The notes: a model not told the origin generated them from the sequence alone. A stretch of DNA of 64,000 nt from Rhynchobatus australiae (GCA_034780895.1 JAUZTB010000107.1:81850746-81914745), one strand, 5' to 3'. Shown: positions 24,990 to 38,362, counted from the stretch's first letter. A program made the numbers and translations.

Positions 24990-25350
24990 TTTCTAAAGCT
25001 TCCTCAACCTATTTCACAGCCTTTCTCCCTAATCAGGGTTACAATGAATTACCTATATGATCTCCTTTCCTGTGCCAGTTGTAGAATTGGGTCCTTCTAT
25101 TTATATTGCCTTTGCTCTTCCTTCTACCAAAATATATGACTCTGTACTTGCTGCGTTAAATATCACCTGCCACAAGTCCACTCAAACCACCAGTTTGCCT
25201 TTTCCCTTCTGAAGTCTATCATTGTCCTCTTCACAGCCCACTATCCTTCCAAGCTCTGTGGAAATGGCAAATTCAGAAATGGTGCCCTGTACACCAAAGT
25301 GTAATTAAGACAAGCTGAGGAACCAGTACTGGCACTTGGAACATATCAAG
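24990..25350 (-). mobile_element. Old CR1 RT fragment
   Basis: Minus strand ISEFAISTELG resembles CR1 ISKFADDTKLG, followed by a region resembling WQM.FN..K..V..FG. Confidence 0.5.
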
Positions 25351-25421
25351 ATGCATTNNNNNNNNNNCCCTTCTCATGAGACTGTCAGCAGATCACTGAA
25401 TTTGCCAGTGACGAGCCAGAG

Positions 25422-25615
25422 AAAGTAAGGGACTGCACTGCTAGGTAAGGGTCTGTAAAGTAAGGGACTGCACTGCTAGGTAAGGGTATGTAAAGTAAGG
25501 GACTGCACTGCTAGGTAAGGGACTGTAAAGTAAGGGACTGCACTGCTAGGTAAGGGTCTGTAAAGTAGGGGAGTGCACTGATCGGTAAGGGTCTGTAAAG
25601 TAAGGGACTGCACTG
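25422..25615. repeat. 35-bp minisatellite, at least 5.5 copies
   Basis: Unit gtaagggactgcactgctaggtaagggtctgtaaa starts at 25425, 25460, 25495, 25530, 25565 and 25600, then runs into a gap. Confidence 0.95.
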
Positions 25616-26031
25616 NNNNNNNNNNNNNNNNNNNNNNNNNNNNNNNNNNNNNNNNNNNNNNNNNNNNNNNNNNNNNNNNNNNNNNNNNNNNNNNNNNNNN
25701 NNNNNNNNNNNNNNNNNNNNNNNNNNNNNNNNNNNNNNNNNNNNNNNNNNNNNNNNNNNNNNNNNNNNNNNNNNNNNNNNNNNNNNNNNNNNNNNNNNNN
25801 NNNNNNNNNNNNNNNNNNNNNNNNNNNNNNNNNNNNNNNNNNNNNNNNNNNNNNNNCTGTAGGCCAAAATGCTGCTGTTCTCGTCCTGTTTCCCACACTC
25901 CTTTGTTTCTCCTCATTGCTTTCACACTTTCTGCTTTTACTGAACAATTGATTATTCCACCGTGTAATATCAAAAAAATTCCATTGCTCCTGTGCTTTGA
26001 GAACGATAACTACTTGGAAGAAAAATGGAAG

Positions 26032-26220
26032 TAGCACACAAAGCTCTGGAGGAACACAGTGGGTCAGGCAGCATCCATGGAGGGAAATGGACAGTTGACG
26101 TTTTGCGTCGAGACCCTTCATCTGGTCCATTTCCCTCCATAGATGCTGTCTGACCCATTGAGATTCTCCGGCGCTCTGTGTGTTGTTCCACATTTCAGCA
26201 TCTCCATTCCCTTGTCTCTC
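26032..26220. mobile_element. Penelope-derived fold-back mini-element with central hammerhead-like motif
   Basis: ~60-bp imperfect inverted arms at 26034-26092 and 26125-26185; the spacer on the minus strand reads cCAGATGAagggtctcgacgcAAAAcgTCaactgt. Confidence 0.75.
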
Positions 26221-27862
26221 CAGGAAAATGGAAGTGTAATATTTGGGAGCACATCCTCACAGATTAAAGCTTTATTTGTATTTTGTTCTGATACACCTCT
26301 GAGAAGGCTACACTTGCAAAATAAAGTGTGCAGATTGGAACTTCACCTGCAACCCCTTTTTGCCAGGGAACAGCTTGGTCAGGAGGTCTAAAGGTGAAAA
26401 CAGAACTGCTTCCACATCTTGAGATTTCTTAGTGAATTCCAGTGAACTTCAGCATATTAGTCAGTCGGAGTGCCTGCAAATGCCATGGGAGAGAAAGGGT
26501 TGGGAGGAACATGGGGAGAAAGAAACCGAGATCGATGACAAACAAGTTTTTTCAATAAGCTAAATTCCTCCCAGAGCAAGCTATTGTTGATGCCACAAAT
26601 GGGGTTACATTAGTGCTCTTTGATTGCATTATGAGTTTCATCAACTGAATGTGGCTTAAATTACTGAATCTGTGGATAGTGAATGAAACCAGCCTCCTTG
26701 CTTTGTATCTCAAGACAAAGTACACACAGAGCTCCTAATATTTTATTATTCTCAGGTAATCCACAATTTCTTCACTGCATGGTCGGAATAACATGAAATA
26801 TGGCTGATTGGAGACCAGAGGGAACCGTCCAGTCACTGGTGATGACACCACTCCTCCATCCCAGGACAGAGACTGAAGCAAAGCGTGAGTACTATGTACA
26901 TGAGCTGACCTCTGGTTTTCACGTTGATGTGAGGAGCCAGGGGAGTTAATGGTAACCTTTGTCCCCAGGATATAAGGCAACATTAGTGGTGCTGTCTGGA
27001 AACACAGCATTGACCATCAGAACAATCTGAATATTGAAACTTGCTGTTGAGGGAAAGTCCAGATTATGAACAGAGCCCCTGCTGGGAGATGAGTGCAGTC
27101 AGGGGCTGTCTGTGCTCATAGAAAGGCAGCAAAGTTGGCAACTACTCATGCTTGAGATGTCACCTGGTTGTCACTGAAAATATACAAATTAATTTATTTA
27201 TGCATACAATGCCTGGGAACAATACATTGGGAGATGTGGCAGATATCTGCTGCAAACGCTTGGAAAGATCCTGTGGTGGGAGGTTGAGAGTCAACCTGGA
27301 TTTCCACAGAGAGGGTAGTCCAGGAATGAAAGCTTAGCTGGTGAACTGCCAACAGCACTTCACATACCTCAACACTAGAAAACCAAGGCTTACAAAACCA
27401 TTTTTCATTAGAAGTCCAAGTGGGATGTGATATCTCTGAAGACTCTGTCAGAGAAGCTTCTTTGCACATAAGTGTGTCAGTACATCCTAGCCTGAGGTCA
27501 CTAACCTTTTCTGCATGGTCGGCCCCAGCCATAATGAAGCCTTCAGCAGCGGATGGCTGCCAGTTGTGTCACTGAGGTGCCCGTTGAATGAGAACTATAG
27601 GAGGTAATTGCTATAAGAACACACCCTGGTAGTTGTAGCATCTCTGTATACTTCAGCAGGTACCTGAGTAGTGTCCAGTCACTTCTGTTGCTGCCCACAC
27701 ATCTGCCATTGTCAGTTAGTGTCCCTTTAAGTTATGAGAAGAGCAACCAGTTGGAGCAATGCACTGACAATTCAGTGACAACTGCAGGTTGCACCAAACA
27801 CAAATCTATCCAGTAAAAGTGGAAATGATGCTTGTGTGAATGGTGATGTGATTAGAACACAG

Positions 27863-28153
27863 ATAAGATATCTTTATTTGTCACATGTGCATTGAAACAC
27901 ACAGTGAAATGCTCTTTTGCACAGAGTGTTCTGGGGGCAGCCCGCAAGTGTCGCCACGCTTCCGGCACCAACATAGCATGCCCATAACTTCCTAACCCGT
28001 ACGTCTTTGGAATGTGGGAGGAAACCGGAGCACTCAGAGGAAACACACGCAGACACGGGGACAATGTACAAACTCGTTACAGACAGCAGCGGGAATTGAA
28101 CCCAGGTCGCTGGTGCCGTAAAGCGTTATGCTAACTGCTACGCTACCGTGCCT
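27863..28153 (-). mobile_element. V-SINE with L2-like tail and 7-bp target-site duplication
   Basis: Same head and core as 22195 but a different tail; AACACAG flanks both sides (27856-27862 and 28154-28160). Confidence 0.9.
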
Positions 28154-28294
28154 AACACAGGTTCAAAGAAACAGGAGCAGGGGTAGTAATTCAATTCTTC
28201 CTGTTCTGTGCCAATCAATAAGATGATAGCTGATCTTTTACACGTTGCTATGAGGAGCCAAGGAGGTGAATGGTAACCTTTTAGTTTATTCATT

Positions 28295-29215
28295 TTTTGG
28301 TTTATGGGCATCACCAGGAAGACCAGAATTTATTGCCATTGCCTAAAATGCGCTCGTAAAGGCAATGATGAACCACCATCTTGAACTGATGCAGTCTTTC
28401 TCATAAAGGTACTCTTGCAATGCTATTGGGGAGCGAGTTCCAGGATTTGGACCCCGCAGTGATGAATGAACAGCGATATGTTTCCGAGTCACTTGGAGGG
28501 CAACCTGCAGATGGAGCTGTCCAATGCACCCACTTTCATTGTCTCTTGGCGGTAGAGGTCACTGTTTAGGAGATGCTGTCAAAGTAGCCAAAGGGAATAA
28601 CTGCAATGCAATATTTAGATGGTCACTCTTCAGACACCATGCACCAGCCATGGAGTAAATAAATGTTTAGGATGATAGACTGGGCACCAGTGAAATGGGG
28701 TTGTTGTTCCTGTATGGTGCCAAGATTCCTGAGAATTGTTGGGGCTCATCTAGGCAAGTGAAGAGTATTTCTTGCTTGTGCCTTGTAGATGGTGAAAAGG
28801 CTCTGGATGTGATGCACTATTTGGCACAGGATATCCAGCCTCTAATCTGCTCTAATAGCCACAGTACTTTTCTGGCTGGTCCAACTGAGTTTCTGGTCAA
28901 GGTGACCACCTGCCATTGAATATCATGGGCAGGTGGTTGGACTCTCACTTGTTGAGATGCACATTACCTGGAACTTTTGTTACATGCTGCTTGTCACCTA
29001 CCATCCAATGTGTGAATGTTGTCTGTGTATCAGTGAATACATGTGTGGTCTGGTTCATTTATGTGAATGGATTTGTATATTTCACAATCATCAGCGAACA
29101 TCTTCACTTCTGACCTTACGATGGGAGGAGGGTTACTGATGAAGCAGCTGAAGATGACAGGACCTAGGACTCTGCCCTTAGAAATTCCTGCAGTGATGTT
29201 TTGGGTTGGCATGAC
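28295..29215 (-). mobile_element. CR1-clade LINE 3' portion with RT motif
   Basis: Minus strand GRVLGPVIFSCFISNPPPIVRSEVKMFADDCEIY (PQG-like and FADD motifs); 3' tail near 28300. Confidence 0.8.
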
Positions 29216-29459
29216 NNNNNNNNNNNNNNNNNNNNNNNNNNNNNNNNNNNNNNNNNNNNNNNNNNNNNNNNNNNNNNNNNNNNNNNNNNNNNNNNNNNNN
29301 NNNNNNNNNNNNNNNNNNNNNNNNNNNNNNNNNNNNNNNNNNNNNNNNNNNNNNNNNNNNNNNNNNNNNNNNNNNNNNNNNNNNNNNNNNNNNNNNNNNN
29401 NNNNNNNNNNNNNNNNNNNNNNNNNNNNNNNNNNNNNNNNNNNNNNNNNNGGGGGGAGA

Positions 29460-29752
29460 GAGGGGAGCTCCTTTGAGTGGAGATTCGAAAGATTTACCAT
29501 TCTCTGGGTGAAATTTCCTGTCTCATTTCTGTCTTAAATGGCTGACCCTTTATTTTGAGTCTGTTTTGCCTTTATTCTGAACACCCCAGCCAGACAAAAC
29601 AGTATGCTTTCATCTACACTGTCAAGCTTTGTAAGAATTTCATGTGTCTATGAGATTACCTCTCATTTTTCTAAACTCAAGAGACTACAGGTGCAGTCTG
29701 TTTAATCTCTACTCCTACAACAAGCACACTATCCCAGGAATCAACCTGGCAT
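29460..29752 (-). mobile_element. CR1 3' ORF2 fragment
   Basis: Reverse complement of gagacaggaaatttcacccagagaatggtaaatcttt and of a MRGNLIDT-EILT-like region. Confidence 0.65.
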
Positions 29753-31971
29753 ACTTTCTTTATTAGGTGTGTGTCTGACACCAGCAAAATGTCAGAAGTG
29801 CCAACATGAGTAGTGACTGAAGTGCCTGGGTCAACTTCATGATCACCAATAGATTGTAATCCACATTTTATTGTATTTTGGTTTGATTTGGGCATTCAAA
29901 TAGGGTGCTAATTGATCAAAACTCTTGGCTAAAGTGCTTTCCTTTATTTGAAAATTTGCAAGTTTAGTGCCTGGTACATTATCAATGGAACTTTCAGGAT
30001 TCTAATTGTCCTGTGGAGCTTGCTAACGGTGTCACAACACTTNNNNNNNNNNTGGAACCAATCAGAGGCAAGAAAACAAACTTATACATTGAGGTGGAGG
30101 CACGGTTACTGATGGGAGAAATGGCGATTACTTGTTGCAAGGCATGAGAAGACCTCAGCTGGATGATGTTAATTATCTACATTACAGCTGGCCAAAGAAC
30201 CCTGGAATGCTTGAGTCAAGGAAGGAGACTCTGAATGAGTGGTCGTGCCTGCCATGGTGGAAGAATCAAATGCTCTGTCGGCCTCCCCGACACTGAGGTT
30301 GTAGAACTCTCCACTTGCCAAACCCACCGTTCATGTTTTATTACACCTCCTCTTTCAGAGAGGTGCAGCAGGTCCCCTTATTGGCTTGGATTTTTAATAA
30401 AGGATTTGATTAAACTCACCATTTTGTGTGCTTAGTAGCAGTGTATTTTCTCATAAGAAGACAGAGAAAATAAAACAGAACTCAAATGAAACAAAAAAAA
30501 TGGCTTTNNNNNNNNNNNNNNNNNNNNNNNNNNNNNNNNNNNNNNNNNNNNNNNNNNNNNNNNNNNNNNNNNNNNNNNNNNNNNNNNNNNNNNNNNNNNN
30601 NNNNNNNNNNNNNNNNNNNNNNNNNNNNNNNNNNNNNNNNNNNNNNNNNNNNNNNNNNNNNNNNNNNNNNNNNNNNNNNNNNNNNNNNNNNNNNNNNNNN
30701 NNNCCTTCTTCAGGGATGGAAATAGCAATTTTTATAGAATAAAAATAATTCATAAGAAAATAAACCAAATGAAAAATGGTGAAAAATGATCAAAATGTAA
30801 AATTAGGAAAGATTTAATATGCTTATTAAACTATTGTAATGCTGGTGACTTCACTTTGTCTGGAGTACCTCAACAATAATCAATTCTTGCACTTTAATTA
30901 AATGTCTTTGCCTATGTTCTCAGTACTCAGTCAATTCAGAGACTGGTGTACAACTGACAACTGAATGTATCATTGAAATTACATGTTGAGCAATAAAGTG
31001 AGAGAAATAAAATGCTAACAGTCACCAGGTGCTTTCCTCTTTGATCCCTGCAGGATGCTTATAAGAGACAAATACTTGATATGGTTAGCTGTGATTCATC
31101 CCAGCGTCCCACCTTCAGTGACCTACTCCATTTGATCACAGATTTAAATACGTTGTTGTTCAAATTTAATCATGAATTGCATTGCCAGCTTATTCACAAT
31201 TTACTATGCTTTCCCCTGGGCTTTTCTCCAAGGGAGCACTGGGATGTAGTCCAGTGCAGACATTTACAGGTAAACCCATAGGAAGTGGTTTATTAATACC
31301 ATCTGTGTGGGGTTTTAGTGCGTGAAAACAAGGCTGTTCATTAAGATTTACAAAGTCTGCTTTTCCTTTACAAAGAGCAACATTAAAAAAGGATCCGAAT
31401 GCCTGTTCTGGAAATAATCTGATTTTATGCCAAAGCAAGAAGAATGGTCAGTTATTTTTTTTATATATTCCAAGATACAGAGCCAGTAGGGAAGAATTTT
31501 TCATTAGATTGATGTTTATTTGATGCAAAAATCCTCAATGAGAAACGTTCTGTGAATTATGCTGTAGGTCTACTGCACAAAAAAAGTTAGTCTAGTTCTT
31601 TAAAAGCCAAATCAGTGAAAGATTGGTTTCATGCTGGCAAAACTGCTCTCTTTCACCTGCTGCTAAAAATGCTTCATCTACGTTTTTAACTATCTCGAGT
31701 CATGAAGCATGCAAGTTGCATGAGAAATGAAAGAAAAACATTGTTGCTGTTGGTAGCAAGAGCTTTATTTGCTGAATGTAGAGCAGGAAACAAAGATGAA
31801 TAATTAAGGTATGAGTTTTTATATTTATAAGACTGAAACATCTATAAAGAATTTGAGGCATCATTTAAATGAAGACAGTGGTGTGTTTCATCAGTTTGTG
31901 GTGAGACCTGTTTGATCTTCCATTTGCAGAAAAAAGGATTTGAAAATGTGTCCAAGAGAGATAATTCCAAC

Positions 31972-32456
31972 TATTCCTTTCTCCCTTTCTTTTTCACCCC
32001 CCCCCCACTCCTTTGTCTTCCCTTATTCCCGTGGCTCCCTTTTCCCTGCCTTGATGACTTGCCCATATCCTCTCCTCCCGTCCTCCATCCTTTATTCCAT
32101 GGTCTACTGCCCTCTTTGACCAGATTCCTTCTTCTTCAGCCCTTTGCCCCTTTTACCTATCATCTCTCAGCCCATTACACCTTCTCCCCCTCCCCCTCCC
32201 ACCTACCATCCCCCCTCACCTGGNNNNNNNNNNNNNNNNNNNNNNNNNNNNNNNNNNNNNNNNNNNNNNNNNNNNNNNNNNNNNNNNNNNNNNNNNNNNN
32301 NNNNNNNNNNNNNNNNNNNNNNNNNNNNNNNAAGGGTCTCGGCCCAAAACGTCGACTGTTTATTTCCCTCCATAGATGCTGCCTGACCTGCTGAGTTCCT
32401 CCAGCAGTTTTTGTGTATTGCTCCAGATTCCAGCATCTGCGGAATTTCTTGTGTCT
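31972..32456 (+). mobile_element. Penelope-type 3' region: pyrimidine-rich tail, hammerhead motif, terminal repeat
   Basis: C/T-rich 31972-32223, gap, then aagggtctcggcccAAAAcgTCgactg...agatgctgcctgacctgctgagttcctccagc; same layout as the 16.5 kb element. Confidence 0.75.
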
Positions 32457-33699
32457 AACTTGTGTGACTACTGCAGTAGAATAAACCATGCAGCCCTCAA
32501 GTCTGTTCCACCATTCAATTAGATCAGAGTGAAAGAGGAAGGGAAATACATTGATGTTGTTTTTCTGTGACTGCCAAAGAGAGATGGAAAGTTACTGTGT
32601 CAATGTTAACTAGTAAACTTGCACGGCTACTCAGGTTGTAAGAATGATATGAATGGAAGCCTTAACTTAGCCATTCTGTTCAAGTCATTGAATTTCTTCT
32701 TATATTGGCATCAGACCTATCCACTCTCTGGCCTCAACCAGAGACATGCACATACTCCCGCCCATTGTTACCCAGCAGGGCATTCTATCAGCTAGGGATG
32801 ACATCACTCCTACTGGGTCACATTCCATAACAACATATGAAAGAAAAGGTGACGTGGGGGAGTGGTCAAGTGTCAAATGTTCTCCTTGCCGTTGCAGCTG
32901 CTCTGATATTGACCACTGACCAAAGGCACCAACTCTTGAAGAGGTGCATACTGCCATTCAATCATGGAAACCTTACCAGTTTTCCCCCCATAACCAAGTG
33001 GTAAACTTCTATGTACACTTAGTATTTGTAGCTCAGCCATTTCACTGTGGAAATGAGGCACATGCCTCAAAAGCCACCCACTTTGGGCAAGCGCGATGAT
33101 TGCACTACTACTTGAGAATTATCCTGATGAAGTCATACATTCTCAGAAGAACAGTGACTGGAGGTTATAACCTAAAATTATTAACAGACTCAATATTAGA
33201 GAAGCAAGGGTGTTGCTATACAAGCTTACAGAGGAAATTCCTCATCATCGGCTGGAAATGTTTTAATTCCCATTAAATATACTTATTACTCTTACAGGAA
33301 ATTTATGAAGTTGCTGGATATCAAATTGGAGATAAATAATGTTTGCATTCATACCTTTTACAATAATTTTATGTGGATTCTATTCCATTTTCAGTATTTC
33401 TACCAATGTTCTCTGAAAAACTATAAGCGAAGAACTAATGACTGTGGATTATTGTGCAATTATTGAAACTGGCTCTGGCATTTGGGACCTCAATGTAGAG
33501 GTTAAAAAAATGACATAATAGTAAGTCCCACAGCCAAGGAATAAAACCCTGCAGCTACATTGTTCATTTTCTTAAATCTTGACATTTATTTAGGAGATTT
33601 GTGCTCTTTAATACATGTGTTAGGATTCAGATGCTATCGGCCACTTGGTTTACATATGCATATCTGAACACTGTGCTTTTACGGAGGAAGTCAAATCAA

Positions 33700-33882
33700 C
33701 AGAGGCTGGATATCGGAAATAAAAACAAAAGTGCTGCAACAGTAGATCAAGCAGCATTGTGGGATGATAAACAGAGTTAATGTTTCATGTTGAAATGGTG
33801 AAAGATCATCGACCTAAATTTATTTTTCTCTCCACAGGTGGTGACTGGCCTGAGCATTTCCAGCACTTTTTTATTGTAATAT
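33700..33882. mobile_element. Old Penelope-derived fold-back fragment
   Basis: aaaagtgctgcaac...caagcagcattgtggga is inverted relative to tccacaggtggtgactggcctgagcatttccagcacttttt. Confidence 0.5.
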
Positions 33883-34234
33883 TCAGCTACAGCTTAGTCC
33901 AACCCAAGGATACAATTTTGTGGTGGGAATAATGGTGATTGTGTGAAGGGTCACCAACATGGAGTGAATTGGAAGAGTAAATTCTGGCCTCCTCAGATGC
34001 ATGGCGAAAGATGGAAATCAGGAATCTACTTGCTGATTTTCCCTGGGCAGCTAATTGAGAGGCTCATCATTCAAATATATTCCAAGATTTGTCTGCTGGA
34101 TACCCATTAAAAATTCCATTTCAGTAAGTTTTTCAAATAACTTTTTCATAAGTTTTTCAAATAGCTTTTCAAATAAACCTCTTTTTTTTTAGTTTTTTTT
34201 AATGAAGATCCATTAGATCATTTCTTAAACATAA

Positions 34235-34435
34235 AACATAGAACACTACATCACAGGAAAAAGCCCTTCAGTCCACAATGTCTGTGCCAACCATGATGCC
34301 AAAATAGCTAATCCCATCTGCCTGCATGCGATCCGTATCCCTCCATTCCCTGCACGTTCATGTGCCTATCTAAATGCCTCGTAGACGTCACTATCATATC
34401 TGCTTCCACCAATCCCCTGGCAGCACGTTCCAGGG
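34235..34435 (-). mobile_element. CR1 3' end
   Basis: Similar to 20320-20492; catagaacactac microsatellite-like tail. Confidence 0.75.
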
Positions 34436-35444
34436 ACTCAGTCATCATCTTAGTTCTTTGTCTTCAGTGAATGAGCTGCTTTAAGATCTATTCCCAAATT
34501 CAGCAAGTAACCACATAGTCCAGAGAGCCAGACCACTTTGCTCCACTCTGCTTGTATGAGTCTTTTGTACTCTCACATCCTCCTTTACCAAATGTTATTT
34601 CTGTTGTCAAGCTGGTTGACATTTTGACCAAAAGACTTTTAGTGACCGTCACCGTGATCAGTTACTAAATCTGGTCATGCTCTAAATTCCTGAATGTATT
34701 TGCAGTCTTGGCTGCAATAAACATGTAGTCATAGCAGTCAATGATCTGATGAGTTGTCATGTAGTGATATATTTTATTGATTGAGATAATGTCCCTTTCT
34801 TGGAAGAGAAGAAGGAGGTATTGTCAAGGATGGACAGACTTACAGTACAAAAATACCAAGATATTTTGCCAGTCTACAAAAGCAAGTTAAAAATCTACCA
34901 CGTTAGTTAGAATGGGAAAAACACCAGTTTAAATAAAAGTATTTCAGGTCAGCAATAATCTGCATTGAAAAATGTCTGGATTATTCAGTGTCAGGAACTC
35001 TTCATTTCCCTCTGTATCAAATAGCAACTGCTCCTCATAAATGTCAGCCTGTAACTTAGAAAGCATTACAAATCCAGATCACACGTTACTGCCATGACAA
35101 GAGTTCTCACTATGACAGGCCAGTGGCCATTCCTCGCTATTGAAATTATATGGAGCCTGAAAACTGAGTAAACTTGGTTGAAGTGTTGGAAACATCGTTG
35201 AATTGAGATACCCCGCTGAAAGGTTTTCTATGTTTTGAGGAATGCATGCACTGAGTTTTATTTGCAAATATCACCAGCTCTCTTTATTTTTAACAGGTCA
35301 GTAGTTCTGACCTCATAGAGGGTGATTTCTGATTGGGACAAACTTTGTAAATTCATTCAAAATCAGTTAAAACATTGCCTAAGTCCAAGACATTTTAGGT
35401 TTACATTATACTAAGAACAGATCGAGCTACCATGATCTGCTGTC

Positions 35445-36240
35445 ATTAATACATTTTGTGAGCTGAACTTTTGTCATCCAGGACAACACTTTAAAATCTG
35501 CAGATGATACAAAATTCATAATTGTATTAAAAAAAGGTGGATAGTGAGAGGATTCAGGAACATAGGTGCAACTAGCAAACAAATGGCTAGTAATAAATCT
35601 TGGTACAAGGAATGAAGAGAGGTAATGTAAACTAAATAATAATATTTTAAAGGTGATACATGACAAACAAAGCTGTGTATGTGTCTGTGTTTGTATCCAA
35701 ATACTCGAAAGTATTATGACATTTTAAAAACGTGTATACTTGTTTTTTTTTAAGGTAAGCATAAAATTAAAAACTGGGACTTTATACAGAACCTTTTTGA
35801 ACTGTTCATTTCTGGCCACCACATTTTAGGTAGAATATCAAGGTGCAGAAGAGATTTACTAGAAGTGGACCAAGGGTAATGGAGACATGAAAAGCAGATG
35901 CTCTGCTCCTTAGAGATGAGAAGATTGAGATTTGACAGAGGTGTTTGAGGTCATAAATAATTTTGGTTGAGTAAGTAAGGAAGAACTATTTCCAGCAGTA
36001 GATCATTGGTAACCAAGGGACATAGATTTGAGGTAATTGGTAAAAGATAGCAAGCTATTGTGATCTGAAATGTCCTGCTTGAAATGAAAATGATGGAAGC
36101 AGATTCATTTTCTTAACATTTGTTAAGAAAAATAACAGTAAGTATTTGCAGGGAAAAAAATTGGTGGGGTATAAGGAAAGAGGGGCTTTAAGGACCTGTT
36201 GGATTGTTGTATTTACAAGCCAACACAGGTTAATCTGAAG
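35445..36240 (+). mobile_element. Highly decayed CR1
   Basis: KSADDTK (FADDTK-like) at ~35495, QFWPPHFR-like region, ttgacagaggtgtttgagg, gggacatagatttgagg. Confidence 0.6.
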
Positions 36241-38202
36241 TGGGTGGCTGCACATTTAAACAAATCTCTTAATTGAAGCCATTTTCAATTATATAACATA
36301 ACTGCACTTCTTCTTCTACATTATTTCTTCTAAGTACATCAAGCAATATATTTTAAATGTTAAAGGAATAGATACACACAGTTACCTTCTAAAAAGCTGA
36401 TCAATTCTTGCGGGTCATGGAAAATGTTATGATTGTAATTGAGTTTGAGTAGAAACCTGAACCATAACTTCGCTTTGGAAAACCAATGCAATTTCTACCC
36501 AGGCTGCCAATAGAACCATAAACATAAAGTCAATCCTATTGTTTTCAGTGAACATTGGCTTTCACAATATCTTGCCACCTCTGGATCTTTGTACAGGTGC
36601 CAAGGTCGTCCCTTTAATAAAGTCAGTTTTAACTGGGGCAGACATATCCAATCAAACACAGAATTACAAAACAGTTGATCTCCACTTTTAATGGATGCAT
36701 CAGTGTAAACTCAGGATGATAAAGCCAAGTTATGGCAAGGTTGGACAGTCATAGAAGGAGAACTGGAGTAGCCACTTCTTGCAGCATGGTATCGTTGGAG
36801 ATAACTCTGCCATATTATTTTTTTTAGACTGCTTCTATGGTGTCTGATTTTGCACAGATTTATTTTGGAAAAGGTAGGCCATAACCACTCAAGTGAGGTG
36901 CATAAATGTTATTTTTTCCATTTGTGAGTTTAAGATTTCATATGTTGAAATGTATTCTTACATGCATTGATATTTCCTCGAGAAAAGTGTTAAAACATCC
37001 AGAAAATCAGCTGCAAATATCCAGTTAAACTCATTTTGGAATGAGTTTAAATTAAAAACAGTCTCTGTGTGGGACACTGAAAAGTTATTTTGTAAATTAA
37101 TAGCAATCCGATGATGTCCCATGACCAGTGTTTGTTGGACTAATTCTGTTGAGTTGCTCTTATTTTAGATATAAGGGCATTCTGAATGTGGTAACATATT
37201 AGTATGGTAACATAATGTGGTAACATTCTAGAAACTGATGCTGATTTCAATCCCATGAAATGTTTAATGCTTCTTATAAAATGTTCAGATTAAAATCCAA
37301 AGACAATACTAAGAGAAGTAATGAAATTTGATTAATTCTTGGTAACTTAATGGGAATATATCTTGTTTGAGAAATATCAAAAATCGTTTCCATGCTGTTG
37401 GTATCCAAATCTTTTTAAACAGACAATTGAATAAGCAATTATGTTAATCATGATTTTGAACCTTGGCAATCTATCCTGTTATTTCAGTTGTTTTCTTTGC
37501 AGCCTTGGTGGTTTAGANNNNNNNNNNACATGGGTTTAACTGTTCACTTTTTTAATTCCCTTCTTTAAAATGAATTTACAGCTTGTGCATTTAATCTTAT
37601 TTGACATCTCCACTGAATTATGATTCATTGTTCCCACAAGATTAGATTTACCAGATGAATTAATTATTGCAAATAGAACAGTCTTGCTTTATTTATAAGC
37701 TTTGTATAAATACAGCCTCTATTCAAAATTAAATTGCACAATGCTGCACTTGAATTTCAGAGAAGTCAACTGACCATTTGCTCTTTGCGAGAAATAATGA
37801 TTTTCTGCTATTTTGAAGATCTTAATTTACCTGGTACACATGCTTCCAAAAATATGAAGCTATACTCCTCAAATGTTTACTTTTCAAAAAACAATCTTTG
37901 ATTTTGTTATTTTTTTTCAAGGAATTTTGGAAATTAAGCTTAATCATGTGTAAAGATGATAAGTTCATCCAATAACAATCAACTATTTAAGTGTATGCTC
38001 ACATTTTGTGAGATTTTAAGTTTTAATCTTATGTTCTTTCATGCTCATGGTTATGTGAAACATTTTTATCGATACTAGATTGTAACATAGGACAGTAGAA
38101 TAACACTCAAGAAATCACGGCAAAACAGTGTAGCATTTTGGACAGAGCAAACTATAGCACAGTTTCTGATTCTAATAAACAAAGTTGCCAAGCTGGGATC
38201 TG

Positions 38203-38362
38203 ACAACATTTAAGAAGTATCTAGATGAGCACTTGAATTGCTTTGGCACAGAAGACTGGGGACAAAGTGCTGGGTGATGGGATAAATATTGAATGGTGCC
38301 CACTGGTCAGCATGGATGAGCTGGGCTGAATGGCCGTTTCCATGCTGTCTGATTCTATAACA
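38203..38362 (+). mobile_element. CR1 3' end
   Basis: acaacatttaagaagtatctagatgagcac...gggctgaatggccgtttccatgctg. Confidence 0.75.

Noticed and set aside
25422-25615. CRISPR-like periodicity
   Set aside because: Pure tandem units with no unique spacers, eukaryotic context and no cas genes.
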